From NCBI GenBank assembly GCA_049967475.1, contig JBMFSQ010000012.1:1-64000 (forward strand): a stretch of DNA of 64,000 bases, written 5' to 3'. Source of the stretch: Chthonomonadales bacterium. GTDB lineage: Bacteria > Armatimonadota > Chthonomonadetes > Chthonomonadales > CAJBBX01. The notes beneath the pieces were generated by a model that worked only from the letters and a program-made list of their open reading frames with translations, was not told where the DNA came from and ran no database searches. Position numbers and translations under genes: made by a program. This document shows positions 9,607 to 19,621 of the stretch, piece after piece; the stretch's first letter is position 1, and each line of letters starts with the position of its first letter.

Positions 9607-11964
9607 TTGGACGCACATTCCCTCAAAGTTCTTGAATATCCCAGGGTCCTGGACCTTCTTGCCGAGTGCACGTCTACCAAGACGGGCCGAGAAGCGGCGA
9701 CACGCCTCACTCCATCTTCGGATCTGCACCAAGTGGCCCGACTGTTGCAGGAAACCGCCGAAGCCCGCAAGTTGCTCGAAGCGGATGCCCCCTTCACCCT
9801 GGGCGGGGTGTATGACATTCGATCCAACGTTACCCGTGCTGCGCGCGGGGGAGTGCTGGTAGCTTCCGAGCTGCTCGAGGTGGGCCAAACTGTAGCGGCC
9901 ATGGGCAGGCTTCGGAGCAACCTGCTGCGCCGGGCAGAGGAGGCTCCCGCTTTGGCCGAACTCGCGTCCTCAATCCCGCTTGATCCCGGCATAGCGGCGG
10001 CAATCGAGGCAGCTATCGCCGATGGCGGGGTCATTCGGGACACAGCCACGCCGGAGCTCGCGCGCATCCGAACGGCGATGCGGTCCGTGCAGACCCGCCT
10101 CCGGGAACGGTTGCAGGCGGTGGTCGCTTCGGAGCGCTTCCGGTCTATGATCCAGGAGCCCATAGTCACCGAGCGCGGCGGCCGCTTCTGCATTCCCGTG
10201 AAGGCCGAATTCCGCACTCAGTTCGGCGGCATCGTTCACGATGCAAGCGCCAGCGGGGCTACGCTCTTCATGGAACCTGCGTCGTGCGTGGAGCTCGGCA
10301 ACGAATTCCGTGCCCTGGCGGCTCATGAGGAGCACGAAGTCCTGCGGATTTTGGCCCGTCTCAGTGGTTTGGTAGGACGCAATGCACAGGACTTGATGCA
10401 CGGGCTCGAGCTGTGCGCGCAATTGGACGTGATCCGCGGGAAGGCGCTCCTGGCCATTCGGATGAACGCGGCCGGCCCCCGTATCACATCTGCTCCTTTT
10501 ATACGGCTGGTCGCGGCCCGTCATCCGCTGCTGGGTGATGAGGCAGTACCTATTGATGTAGAAGTGGGCGCTCGGTTCAGCACTCTTTTGCTTACGGGCC
10601 CCAACACCGGCGGAAAAACCGTGACGTTGAAAACGATCGGCCTGCTCACGCTGATGGCGGAGACCGGGATGCAGATCCCTGCTGCGCCGCAAACGGAGAT
10701 CGGCCTGTTCCGCAACATCTTTGCCGATATCGGCGACGAGCAGGATATTCAGCAGTCGCTCTCTACATTCTCTGCCCACCTGCGCAACATTGCCCGCATC
10801 CTTCGGGAAGCCGGACCCAACGACCTAGCCCTGCTCGATGAAATCGGTGCAGGAACGGATCCTGCAGAAGGGGCGGCATTGGCGAAGGCACTGCTGGTGA
10901 CCCTCCAGGAGCGGGGGGTGCGTATCGCGGCAACGACGCATTATGGGGAACTGAAGGAGTTTGCCTACGGGCGCCCAGGCATCGAAAACGCTTCTGTCGA
11001 ATTCGACGTGGACACTCTGCGTCCTACCTATCGCGTTCTTCTAGGTGTGCCTGGGAGTTCTCACGCATTCACGATCGCAGCCCGGTTGGGATTGCCCGCG
11101 GAGGTCATGGAAGCTGCTCGAGAGTTCCTGGCGAGGAGGGAAGAAACAAGCGCCGAGGTTCTGCGGCGCATCGAGGAGAGCCGTCGCAAGGCCGACGAGA
11201 TGGAACAGGAGGCGGCTCGCGCCAAGCGTGCTGCTCAAGCAGCCCAGCACGAATATGAGGCGCGCCTGGCCGAGATACGAACGCTGCAGGCTACCGTCAG
11301 GCAGCAAGCCGAAGAGGAGGCCAGGGCGCTTCTCCGGCGCATCTCGGATCGCGCTGAGGGGCTCATCGCCGAATTGCGCAAGGCCAATCGTGGTGCACGC
11401 AAGGCTGTGTCGGTTCGTCGCAGGATCGCGGAACTGAGGCGCGAAACCTCACAGGTGTTGGCTACCCCTCCGGTTGAGGAAGAGCCGCCTGCCCCAGATG
11501 GGATGACACTGCGCAAAGGCGATCATGTGCGCATCGTGTCCTTGGGCCGGGAGGGCGACCTCTTGGCCGATCCGGAGGAGGGACGCGTGTCTGTTCAGAT
11601 AGGTTCTCTTAGAGCCACCCTCCCCGTTGAGGACCTGCGCCCGGCGGATCGGCCTGCATCCTCACGGGACGCCGGTCCCGCCTTTCCGTCCGGTGTTGTG
11701 GTACGCAGGGCTGCGGCCATCGCCCCAGAGCTGATCCTGAGGGGATTGCGGGTTGACGAGGCCGCTCCCTTACTAGAACGGTATCTGGACGACGCCTACG
11801 GAGCCGGGATGCGGCAGGTGAAACTGGTCCACGGAGTGGGGAGCGGCACCCTCAGACGGTCCGTGTGGGAGACGCTCAAAGAGCATCCTGTTGTGAGGTC
11901 TTACCGTTTAGGTGATGACACGGAAGGCGGAGAAGGTGTTACGATTGTGACGCTGAAAGAGTAG
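9607..11964 (+). CDS. mutS2: MutS2 (ATPase with C-terminal Smr domain)
   Basis: LKVLEY N-terminus, GIVHDASASGATLFMEP, TGPNTGGKT, DIGDEQ, DEIGAGTDPAEG, Smr LVHGVGSGTLR...GGEGVT. Confidence 0.96.
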   Translation: MDAHSLKVLEYPRVLDLLAECTSTKTGREAATRLTPSSDLHQVARLLQETAEARKLLEADAPFTLGGVYDIRSNVTRAARGGVLVASELLEVGQTVAAMGRLRSNLLRRAEEAPALAELASSIPLDPGIAAAIEAAIADGGVIRDTATPELARIRTAMRSVQTRLRERLQAVVASERFRSMIQEPIVTERGGRFCIPVKAEFRTQFGGIVHDASASGATLFMEPASCVELGNEFRALAAHEEHEVLRILARLSGLVGRNAQDLMHGLELCAQLDVIRGKALLAIRMNAAGPRITSAPFIRLVAARHPLLGDEAVPIDVEVGARFSTLLLTGPNTGGKTVTLKTIGLLTLMAETGMQIPAAPQTEIGLFRNIFADIGDEQDIQQSLSTFSAHLRNIARILREAGPNDLALLDEIGAGTDPAEGAALAKALLVTLQERGVRIAATTHYGELKEFAYGRPGIENASVEFDVDTLRPTYRVLLGVPGSSHAFTIAARLGLPAEVMEAAREFLARREETSAEVLRRIEESRRKADEMEQEAARAKRAAQAAQHEYEARLAEIRTLQATVRQQAEEEARALLRRISDRAEGLIAELRKANRGARKAVSVRRRIAELRRETSQVLATPPVEEEPPAPDGMTLRKGDHVRIVSLGREGDLLADPEEGRVSVQIGSLRATLPVEDLRPADRPASSRDAGPAFPSGVVVRRAAAIAPELILRGLRVDEAAPLLERYLDDAYGAGMRQVKLVHGVGSGTLRRSVWETLKEHPVVRSYRLGDDTEGGEGVTIVTLKE

Positions 11965-12172
11965 CATGGCGAGTCCTCGGCGTTGCATTGAGGACACCCA
12001 ACATACTTGCGGAGGTTAGCCGGAGAAAAGAAGGGCAGCGCAGCCGTTCCGGGCCCGGAGTGCGCGGCCGGGGCGCCGTCCCAACAGGTATGGGGACTGA
12101 GGCTTGGAGCGAGACGCATGCATGGATCCGGCCGGTCTCAATGGGGGCAGCGAATCCAGGTACCATAGCAAT

Positions 12173-13345
12173 ATGAAACCAACAGCAGTGCAATTCGGAG
12201 CGGGAGCCATCGGCCGCGGGTTCATCGCCCAGCTTTTCCATGAGAGCGGTTATCGCGTGGTCTTCGTGGATGTAGTTCCGCAACTTCTTCAGGCAATAAA
12301 TGAGCGCGGGCGATACACCATCCACATAGTGGGTGAGGGAAGCGAGGACGTGCTCATTGACGATATTTGCGCCGTGGACGGCAGGGACCAGGCTGCTGTG
12401 GCGGAAGCCCTGGCAGGGTGCGCAGTCGCCTCTACAGCCGTTGGAGCGGGCGCTCTCGAGCACATCGCGGGGAACCTTGCCGCCGGCCTGCAACGCCGGA
12501 GGGAGCAGGGCGGCGGACCCCTCAATGTGCTGGTATGCGAGAACCTTCATGATGCCGCCGGCCTGTTGCGCAATCTGGTTGCAGAGCACTTGCCGGCATC
12601 CGCGCGCCACGAAATCCTCGCACAAGTGGGATTTGTGCAGGCCGTTGTGAGCAGGATGGTACCGGTTCAGCAGCCCGGCCCCGGCGAGGATCCTTTGGCG
12701 ATCCGCGTGGAAGCCTATAAGCGGCTTCCCGTGGATGGACGAGCCGTTGTCGGGACGCTGGCGCCCATAGCCGGTGTTGAGCCTGTGGCCAATTTCGAAG
12801 GCTACGTGGAACAGAAACTCTACACACACAATTGCGGACACGCGGCCCTTGGGTATTTGGGGTATCAATACAACCTCGTCTACGGTTACGAGGCGCTCGA
12901 GCATCCATCTGTTCGTCCGGTGCTCGATGAGGCTCTGCGGGAGACGTCGGCAGCCCTTGTCCGTAAGCATGGGTTCACAGAGGACGAGCAACGGGCGCAT
13001 GTGGAGGACCTTTTGCGCCGTTTCGGCAATCGCGCCCTTGGAGACACGTGCCTGCGGCTGGCCAGAGACCCCATGCGGAAACTGGCTCCGGATGACCGCC
13101 TCGTAGGTGCGCTGCGTCTGTGCGAAGACCAAGGGATCGAACCGGCCGCTCTGCCCTTGATCATAGCCGCGGCCCTCCGGTTCGACTATCGTGAAGATCC
13201 CTCGGCCGAAGAGCTTCAGCGGCGCATCAACGAGCGCGGGGTTGAAGCGGTGCTGAAGGAACTGTGCGGGATCAGCGTTGAGGAAGAGGCCGGCCGGAAG
13301 ATCCTCGAAGCCTATCGGCGGCGCATTTGGGAACTCTCATCGTGA
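12173..13345 (+). CDS. mtlD: Mannitol-1-phosphate 5-dehydrogenase-like (mannitol dehydrogenase family)
   Basis: AVQFGAGAIGRGFI, STAVG, VCENL, VSRMVP, KLYTHNCGHA, RLARDPMRKLAPDDRLVG. Confidence 0.82.
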   Translation: MKPTAVQFGAGAIGRGFIAQLFHESGYRVVFVDVVPQLLQAINERGRYTIHIVGEGSEDVLIDDICAVDGRDQAAVAEALAGCAVASTAVGAGALEHIAGNLAAGLQRRREQGGGPLNVLVCENLHDAAGLLRNLVAEHLPASARHEILAQVGFVQAVVSRMVPVQQPGPGEDPLAIRVEAYKRLPVDGRAVVGTLAPIAGVEPVANFEGYVEQKLYTHNCGHAALGYLGYQYNLVYGYEALEHPSVRPVLDEALRETSAALVRKHGFTEDEQRAHVEDLLRRFGNRALGDTCLRLARDPMRKLAPDDRLVGALRLCEDQGIEPAALPLIIAAALRFDYREDPSAEELQRRINERGVEAVLKELCGISVEEEAGRKILEAYRRRIWELSS

Positions 13346-14499
13346 GCGTCGTCGTCCGCGAGATCCGGGAAGCCGAGCTGGACGAGTGCCTGGGCCTTTG
13401 GTGCACGGTATTTCGTGGCGACACGCGGGCCTACTTCGAGCGATACTTTTATGGCGATGCCTTCTTCGAGCCCAAGTACACCCGCGTGGCACTTGTGGAC
13501 GGCCGTATCGTCAGCGCAGTGCATATAGTAAAGCGGCTCGTGGCTTGCGGCGAATGTACCTTTACCATGGGCGGCATCGCCAACGTGGCGACACACCCCG
13601 ATGCACGGGGCCAAGGGTTGGCCTCCCAGTGTCTACGTCAGGCGGTGGACGTCATGCGCGCCGATGGGATGGATTTTTCTGCTCTCGGGACGGGCATTCC
13701 GCATTTCTACGCTCGGTACGGCTGGGAGCGCGCCTACCGGTTTGCGGGTTCAGGCGCCATCCGTGCCATGGCGAATCCACCGCAAAAGCGCTTCTTCGTG
13801 CGGCCTTATCGTGCTGATGATGAAGAAGCAATACGGGCAATTTACGACGAGTATAACTGCACCCGGCCGGTTACGGTACGTCGTAGCCACTCATATTGGA
13901 GGGATTGGCTTGGATGGGCCGGTCCACGCCATCCGGGGACGGTTCTCGTAGCCCAGAACGGCGAAGGCGTGGCGGCTTATTGCCTCTATACGTTGGAGCG
14001 TACCAGTGTCGTCGTTCGGGAACTGGCGGCGCGCTCCCTCAGCGAGGCTGCAATCGAGGATCTGATTTGGGCATGCGTTGAGGCTGGACGCACAGCCGGT
14101 GCGGATCGGGCGGAGCTGCGGGTGCCGATGGAGCCAATTGTGCAGGCCGCCGCTTCACGCGCGCTGGACGCATGGGAATGTTCGCTGCGCGAAACGTTCA
14201 TGGTGCGCCTCCTCAATCCAGGCGCTATGCTGAGAGCAATTGCGCCGGAAATCAACGAACGGTGGATTTGTGCCGGCCGGCCCGAGGGCGCGCTTTCCTT
14301 CTCCACTCCGGAAGGGGTGGTGACCCTCGCTTTCGGTCGTAAGGGCGTGCACGTGGAGGAAGGCGGATCTGGAGAAGGAACCCAACTGGACCTTCTTCAG
14401 CTTGTTACAGGCTTCGGCCCGCCACGGGTCACGGGTCCATTGGCAGCTCTTTTTCCCGAGCGCCCCGGCGCGTGGTTTTGGGATTTGGATGGGTTCTAG
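13342..14499 (+). CDS. Eis-like tandem-GNAT N-acetyltransferase
   Basis: GGIANVATHPDARGQGLAS GNAT motif A; FYARYGW; second GNAT-like half; GTG start overlaps the upstream stop (GTGA). Confidence 0.8.
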   Translation: MSVVVREIREAELDECLGLWCTVFRGDTRAYFERYFYGDAFFEPKYTRVALVDGRIVSAVHIVKRLVACGECTFTMGGIANVATHPDARGQGLASQCLRQAVDVMRADGMDFSALGTGIPHFYARYGWERAYRFAGSGAIRAMANPPQKRFFVRPYRADDEEAIRAIYDEYNCTRPVTVRRSHSYWRDWLGWAGPRHPGTVLVAQNGEGVAAYCLYTLERTSVVVRELAARSLSEAAIEDLIWACVEAGRTAGADRAELRVPMEPIVQAAASRALDAWECSLRETFMVRLLNPGAMLRAIAPEINERWICAGRPEGALSFSTPEGVVTLAFGRKGVHVEEGGSGEGTQLDLLQLVTGFGPPRVTGPLAALFPERPGAWFWDLDGF

Positions 14500-14511
14500 C
14501 GGAGGAGTACC

Positions 14512-15549
14512 GTGTCTTTCATGTTAGCGGAGATCGGCGAGCAGCCCCATTGGGTAGAGCGCGCTCTTGCCTCCGAGAGGGAGAACGTGAGGGCGCTCGT
14601 AACAGCCATGCGTGAGCGAGCGATCCGGTTTGTGATCATCGCTGCACGCGGGACTTCCGATAACGCGGCCACCTATGCCAAATACCTTTTGGAAATCGTG
14701 GCAGGCATTCCGGTGGCACTGGCCGCACCGTCTGTATACACTCTCTATGATGCCCGCCTCGCGCTCAATGGTACGCTGGTCCTGGGCATTTCCCAAAGCG
14801 GCCAGGGCACCGACGTGGTGGAAGTGCTGTCGGTAGCGCGTTCCGCCGGAGCGCTAACCGCGTGCATCACGAACAACCCGTCATCGCCTATCACCCGCGT
14901 CAGCGACCATGTGCTCCTTTGCCACGCCGGTGAAGAACGGGCCGTGGCCGCCACAAAAACGTACACCACGGCTCTGGCAGTGGCAGCGCTCATGGCAGCC
15001 ATGCTTGTAGATCGGCGAGACCTTCTATCTGCCATTGGGCATGTGCCCCGGCTGATGGAGCAGACCCTCCGGCTTCGCAATACCGTGGAACAGTGTGTCC
15101 AACGGTATCGGTACATGGACGAATGTGCGGTTCTCGCCCGAGGCATCAACCAGGCCACCGCTCTCGAAGCGGCCCTGAAGCTCACGGAAACCAGCTATGT
15201 AGTGGCGAAGCCCTATTCCGGCGCCGACTTTCTCCACGGGCCCATCGCCATGGTGTCTCCGGGGTTCCCGTGCTTCCTGTATGCCCCCCCGGGGCGTGCC
15301 TACGCCTTCATGCTGGAACTCGCATTGAAGCTTCGCGACCGCGGTGCGGAATTGGTGACTGTTGCCTCGGACCAAGAGATCCTAAAACTAGCCACCGTGC
15401 CCATACCGGTGCCCGTGTCCGTTGATGAATTGTTGAGCCCTCTGGTGTATATCCTTCCTGGGCAGTTGTTCGCCTACCATCTGGCACGCGCTCGCGGAGC
15501 GGACCCAGACACTCCTCGTGGTCTGTCAAAGGTCACGGTGACCCGGTGA
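14512..15549 (+). CDS. Double-SIS-domain sugar-phosphate isomerase/deaminase (GlmS C-terminal-like; probable glucosamine-6-P deaminase)
   Basis: EIGEQP, ARGTSDNA, ISQSGQ, VAATKTY, EAALKLTE, HGP, PDTPRGLSKVT; no glutaminase domain; GGAGGAG SD. Confidence 0.85.
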   Translation: MSFMLAEIGEQPHWVERALASERENVRALVTAMRERAIRFVIIAARGTSDNAATYAKYLLEIVAGIPVALAAPSVYTLYDARLALNGTLVLGISQSGQGTDVVEVLSVARSAGALTACITNNPSSPITRVSDHVLLCHAGEERAVAATKTYTTALAVAALMAAMLVDRRDLLSAIGHVPRLMEQTLRLRNTVEQCVQRYRYMDECAVLARGINQATALEAALKLTETSYVVAKPYSGADFLHGPIAMVSPGFPCFLYAPPGRAYAFMLELALKLRDRGAELVTVASDQEILKLATVPIPVPVSVDELLSPLVYILPGQLFAYHLARARGADPDTPRGLSKVTVTR

Positions 15550-15795
15550 GCCCGCTGACCGTACCGCCAACGTTGCGCAGCATGGGTGGCCGAACTAGGT
15601 GGAAGGTTGCTGGCCCAGGCGCTGCCCTTCTCCACATGGAGAACGAAGCGGCGGGCATTGTTCGCTCCAGTGGCGGAGCGGTAGGCTGTTCATGGGACGG
15701 GAAGGCACGGGCGATGGGCAGGTTGGTTTCGGGCACGATCTGCCGTTGCGTCGGCTTCGGAGAGGAGCCGCGCGCAGAAGACGAGGGACGCAGCT

Positions 15796-16920
15796 TTGAT
15801 TGATCAAAAACGTCTGACGGATTTTTTTGTACAACTCTGCCGCCTCAATACGCCTCCGCGGGAAGAAGGGCCTGTGGCGGATCTCCTGCAGGCGCGGCTG
15901 GAGGATCTCGGCCTCGCATGCCTCCGCGACGAGGCCCACCGGGCTACCGGAGGGAGCACAGGCAACCTCATTGCTACGCTGGAAGCGACCTGCGCGGCGC
16001 CGCCTGTGTTTTTCTCGGCCCATATGGACACTGTGGAGCCCAATCCCGACGTGGTGATTGTTCAGGAAGGCGGGGTAATCCGCACGGACGGCACGTCCAT
16101 CCTTGGCGCTGACGACAAATGCGGCATCGCCGCCATCGTCGAGGCCGTCACGAGCATCGTGGAAGAGGGTAGGGACCACGGCGTGATCCAGCTCGTCTTT
16201 TCCGTATGTGAAGAGGTGGGCCTCTTGGGCGCTGCGAACCTTGACCGGAGCATGCTGAAGGCAGAGATGGGCTTCGTGCTGGACACGGGCGCGCCGGTTG
16301 GAAGCATCGTCTACACGGCCCCCACCCAGAACAACCTCAACGCCACCATCAGGGGACGCGCGGCCCATGCGGGCTTCGAGCCCGAAAAGGGGGTGTCGGC
16401 CATTCAGGTTGCCGCGCGGGCGATCGAGCACATGAAGCTTGGCCGTATTGATGAAGAAACGACTGCAAATGTCGGCGTAATCCATGGCGGGGCCGCAACG
16501 AATGTCGTCTGCCCCGAAGTGACGCTTCGCGCAGAAGCCCGGAGCCGGGATCCGCGCAAGCTGGATTACCAGACACAGCAGATGCTGGAAGCACTCCACG
16601 AGGCGGCGGCCGATTTTGGAGCGGAGTTGGATGTAGAAATCTCCCGCGCCTACACAGGGTACCGGCTTCCACCGGACGGCCGAGTGATCCAGGTGGCGCG
16701 GTTGGCTGCAGACGCCATCGGTCTGCCGATCCACATGCGGGCAGCCGGCGGCGGGAGCGATGCCAATGTCTACAACAACTCAGGATTGCAGTGCTGCGTG
16801 CTGGGAACGGCTATGCGCCAAATCCATACGCATCAGGAGCACGTGCTGGAAGAGGATCTGGTTCGCAGCGCTCAGTGGGTGGTGTCTATTGTGCAGGTGC
16901 TGGCGTCGCAGGCCGCGTGA
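15796..16920 (+). CDS. M20 family peptidase T-like metallopeptidase
   Basis: SAHMDTV, LGADDK, CEEVGLLG, GGGSDAN, IHTHQE. Confidence 0.9.
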   Translation: MIDQKRLTDFFVQLCRLNTPPREEGPVADLLQARLEDLGLACLRDEAHRATGGSTGNLIATLEATCAAPPVFFSAHMDTVEPNPDVVIVQEGGVIRTDGTSILGADDKCGIAAIVEAVTSIVEEGRDHGVIQLVFSVCEEVGLLGAANLDRSMLKAEMGFVLDTGAPVGSIVYTAPTQNNLNATIRGRAAHAGFEPEKGVSAIQVAARAIEHMKLGRIDEETTANVGVIHGGAATNVVCPEVTLRAEARSRDPRKLDYQTQQMLEALHEAAADFGAELDVEISRAYTGYRLPPDGRVIQVARLAADAIGLPIHMRAAGGGSDANVYNNSGLQCCVLGTAMRQIHTHQEHVLEEDLVRSAQWVVSIVQVLASQAA

Positions 16921-17145
16921 AGTCTGTCCCCGCCAATGGGGAATGGCGACAAAGAGGGTGCCTGTCATCGAGGGGGGAGGTTTGTGAATGGGAATGTCCG
17001 GCTGGAAACGGCTGCAACTGCGTCCGGCCAGGCCCACACTCGGTGCACCGGCGGTTCGTGGAAGCGGCGCTGATCATCAAACCGGCCAGCCACGCCTGGA
17101 TGTGCACCGCTGTTCGAGCAGCCCACGAAAGGAGGGACGTATATT

Positions 17146-18261
17146 GTGCGCTCACGCGCAACCGGAATTGTAGAGCGGATCGAAGACGAACGTCCGGGGA
17201 TACAGGAGATAGCAGTACGGGTGGATGGCGAGCTCAGGCATGCTATCAATTATCCATCCTTCACAGGAACCCTCCATCCGGGTGATGTGGTCCTCCTGAA
17301 TACTTGGGCGGTGTCTCTCGGTCTCGGGACGGGCGGGTACGACTTTGTTATGGCGCGGACGGGGTGCGCCACAGACGAAGAGCCGCCCGGCCACATCATG
17401 AAGATGCGGTACACGCCCGTGCAAACGCCCGTGCTGGCCGCCGAAGCACCGGAGAGCCCTTACCATGAAATGCTTGCCTCCTTCCATTCTTTGGAAGGCA
17501 CGCCGGTCGTCTGTGCGGAGCTGCACAGCCAAGTAGCGCCTGTGGCCGCTGCAGCCAAGCTCGAGGCGGGATCGTCTACCCGCGTCGTCTATGTCATGAC
17601 GGATGGGGCTGCACTTCCGATTGCCCTCAGCCGCACGGTAGACCAAATGCGCAGAGACGGGCTCGTTGAGGCCACGGTAACGGCCGGCCAGGCGTTCGGA
17701 GGCGACTATGAGGCTGTAAACCTCTACTCCGCCCTGGCGGTTGCCAAGGCCGCAGCCCATGCCGACGTGATTATCGTGTCTCAGGGACCTGGCGGAGTAG
17801 GAACTGCAACTCCGCTCGGGTTTACCGGCATTGATCAGGGCATTGCTCTCAACGCAGCCGTGTCTCTGGGGGGTACGCCGATCGCGGTGGTACGCCTCAG
17901 CTTTACGGATCCTCGGCCGAGGCATCACGGTATCAGCCACCACACTCTCACCGTGTTGGAACGCGTTGCGCTCAGCAGTGTCATGGTTCCCGTTCCGCGG
18001 CTGAGGGCAACGCAGAACTGGAAGTGGCGGGCTGCCCTGGCGAATACCGATCTGTTGGAGCGGCACCAATTTGTTACGGTGGACGCGGAATTGGGCATCG
18101 AAACGCTTGCGAAGGGGAACATCACGTTCTCTACTATGGGACGCAGCCTCAAGGAAGAGCGTCCGTTCTTTTTGAGTGCTGTGGCGGCCGGTCTCCTGGC
18201 GGGCCAATGGATTTCGGGCCAGGTGAGCTCTCCGCGCATCACGGAAGGATCCGATGAATGA
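17146..18261 (+). CDS. DUF3866 family protein
   Basis: LGLGTGGY, GHIMKMRYTP, ELHSQ, YVMTDGAAL, GQAFGGDYEAVN, DPRPRHHGISHH, STMGR; AAAGGAGG SD. Confidence 0.85.
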   Translation: MRSRATGIVERIEDERPGIQEIAVRVDGELRHAINYPSFTGTLHPGDVVLLNTWAVSLGLGTGGYDFVMARTGCATDEEPPGHIMKMRYTPVQTPVLAAEAPESPYHEMLASFHSLEGTPVVCAELHSQVAPVAAAAKLEAGSSTRVVYVMTDGAALPIALSRTVDQMRRDGLVEATVTAGQAFGGDYEAVNLYSALAVAKAAAHADVIIVSQGPGGVGTATPLGFTGIDQGIALNAAVSLGGTPIAVVRLSFTDPRPRHHGISHHTLTVLERVALSSVMVPVPRLRATQNWKWRAALANTDLLERHQFVTVDAELGIETLAKGNITFSTMGRSLKEERPFFLSAVAAGLLAGQWISGQVSSPRITEGSDE

Positions 18262-18821
18262 AGCCACCGAAAGTAACGCGCTCTGAATACGTGTACCGAG
18301 GAAGAGTGGTAACCCTCCGCCGGGATTATGTAGTGATGGAAGATGGTTCCGAGGCGGTTCGCGAAGTGGTGGAACACCGAGGGGCGGTTGCTGTGGTTCC
18401 GAAGCTGGATGCGGGAACTATTCTTCTGGTGCGCCAGTATCGGCAAGCTGTGGGGGAGATGCTCCTAGAGATCCCGGCAGGCACTCTGGAAGAGGGCGAG
18501 AGCCCCGATGCCTGTGCAGCCCGTGAGCTGGAGGAGGAAGTGGGGTACCGTGCCCGCCGCCTCCGCCGGCTGTTCCATCAATACCTGGCTCCCGGCTATT
18601 CCAGTGAAGTGCTCCACGTTTATGTGGGAGAGGAGCTCGTGCCTTCTTCCGCCCATCCCGACGCGGATGAGGAGCTGGAAACGGTTGCGGTGCCGATCCA
18701 GGAAGTGGAGCGCATGATCCTGGCCGGCGAAATACGCGACGCCAAGAGCATCGCGGGTTTGCTGGTGGCGCTCCATCTGGACGGCAACGGGGGGCGGGAG
18801 GGCGCATCCCGTCGTTCGTGA
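18258..18821 (+). CDS. nudF: ADP-ribose pyrophosphatase (NUDIX hydrolase)
   Basis: REVVEH, LVRQYR, EIPAG followed by the Nudix box (RELEEEVG); start overlaps the upstream stop (ATGA). Confidence 0.88.
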   Translation: MKPPKVTRSEYVYRGRVVTLRRDYVVMEDGSEAVREVVEHRGAVAVVPKLDAGTILLVRQYRQAVGEMLLEIPAGTLEEGESPDACAARELEEEVGYRARRLRRLFHQYLAPGYSSEVLHVYVGEELVPSSAHPDADEELETVAVPIQEVERMILAGEIRDAKSIAGLLVALHLDGNGGREGASRRS

Positions 18822-18881
18822 GCGTGTGAGGCGGGAGCGCGGGCGGGGCTCCGGCACCGCGCTTGTTGAAGGGGACCTACG

Positions 18882-19466
18882 ATGCGGCGAACCAGCTTTA
18901 CGCTGGTAGAGCTTCTCGTGGTGATCGCCGTGATCGCCATCCTCGCGGCGTTGCTGCTCCCTGTGTTCTCAGCGGCCCGTGCGGCAGCCCGCCAAACGGT
19001 CTGCGTGAGCCAGCTCCGCCAAATCGGCATGGCTTGCCAGATGTACCGTCAGGATTACGGGGAATTTCCGCCGCACCTTTCCTGGACGGAGACAGCATAT
19101 GTGCGCGACCCTGCACTCTTCGTGTGCCCCAATGACCGGCTGCACGGGCAGTATCCAGGAAACGAGCGCCTGGAAGGAAATACGTATCTGCCTTCCGGTG
19201 TGAGCTATGATTACATGCCGCAGTGGCGCATCGCCCTGAACCTTGGATGGTGGAACCCCGCACCCTCATTCGGCGACGGAAAGTGGGGCGACCTCACCCC
19301 TCTTGCCGCATGCCAGTGGCACTGGGCTACACGTTTTGATCCCAATCTCACCAGAAATATGGCCGGCGCAAAGGGATGGGAGCTCATCCTTACCGCAGGA
19401 GGATCCGTCCGTCGGATCCGTGTGGAAGAGCCCGTCGAGTTGTTTTCTCCCGATCGCTATCGGTAA
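18882..19466 (+). CDS. Prepilin-type N-terminal cleavage/methylation domain protein (pseudopilin-like)
   Basis: SFTLVELLVVIAVIAILAALLLPVF; ARxxARxxxCxSQLRQIG; YRQDY; FVCPND. Confidence 0.88.
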   Translation: MRRTSFTLVELLVVIAVIAILAALLLPVFSAARAAARQTVCVSQLRQIGMACQMYRQDYGEFPPHLSWTETAYVRDPALFVCPNDRLHGQYPGNERLEGNTYLPSGVSYDYMPQWRIALNLGWWNPAPSFGDGKWGDLTPLAACQWHWATRFDPNLTRNMAGAKGWELILTAGGSVRRIRVEEPVELFSPDRYR

Positions 19467-19621
19467 CCGCGCCCTTCGTCGGCGTTCGCCTTCTATCGTT
19501 CTGCAGGCAGGAAGTCGCTGGGCGAGGATCGAGACCCGTCATCTGCCCGATCATGACCGGCCTACCGCGTCCAACCGCCCGCCTTACCTGCGCACGCCTC
19601 GGCTCAGGCACGCGGATGCAC

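Noticed and set aside
11939..13132. 397-aa minus-strand ORF
   Set aside because: Shadow of the mtlD-like gene with no recognisable domain
17152..18267. 371-aa minus-strand ORF matching the DUF3866 gene in length
   Set aside because: Antisense shadow; the plus strand has the SD, family motifs and operon context
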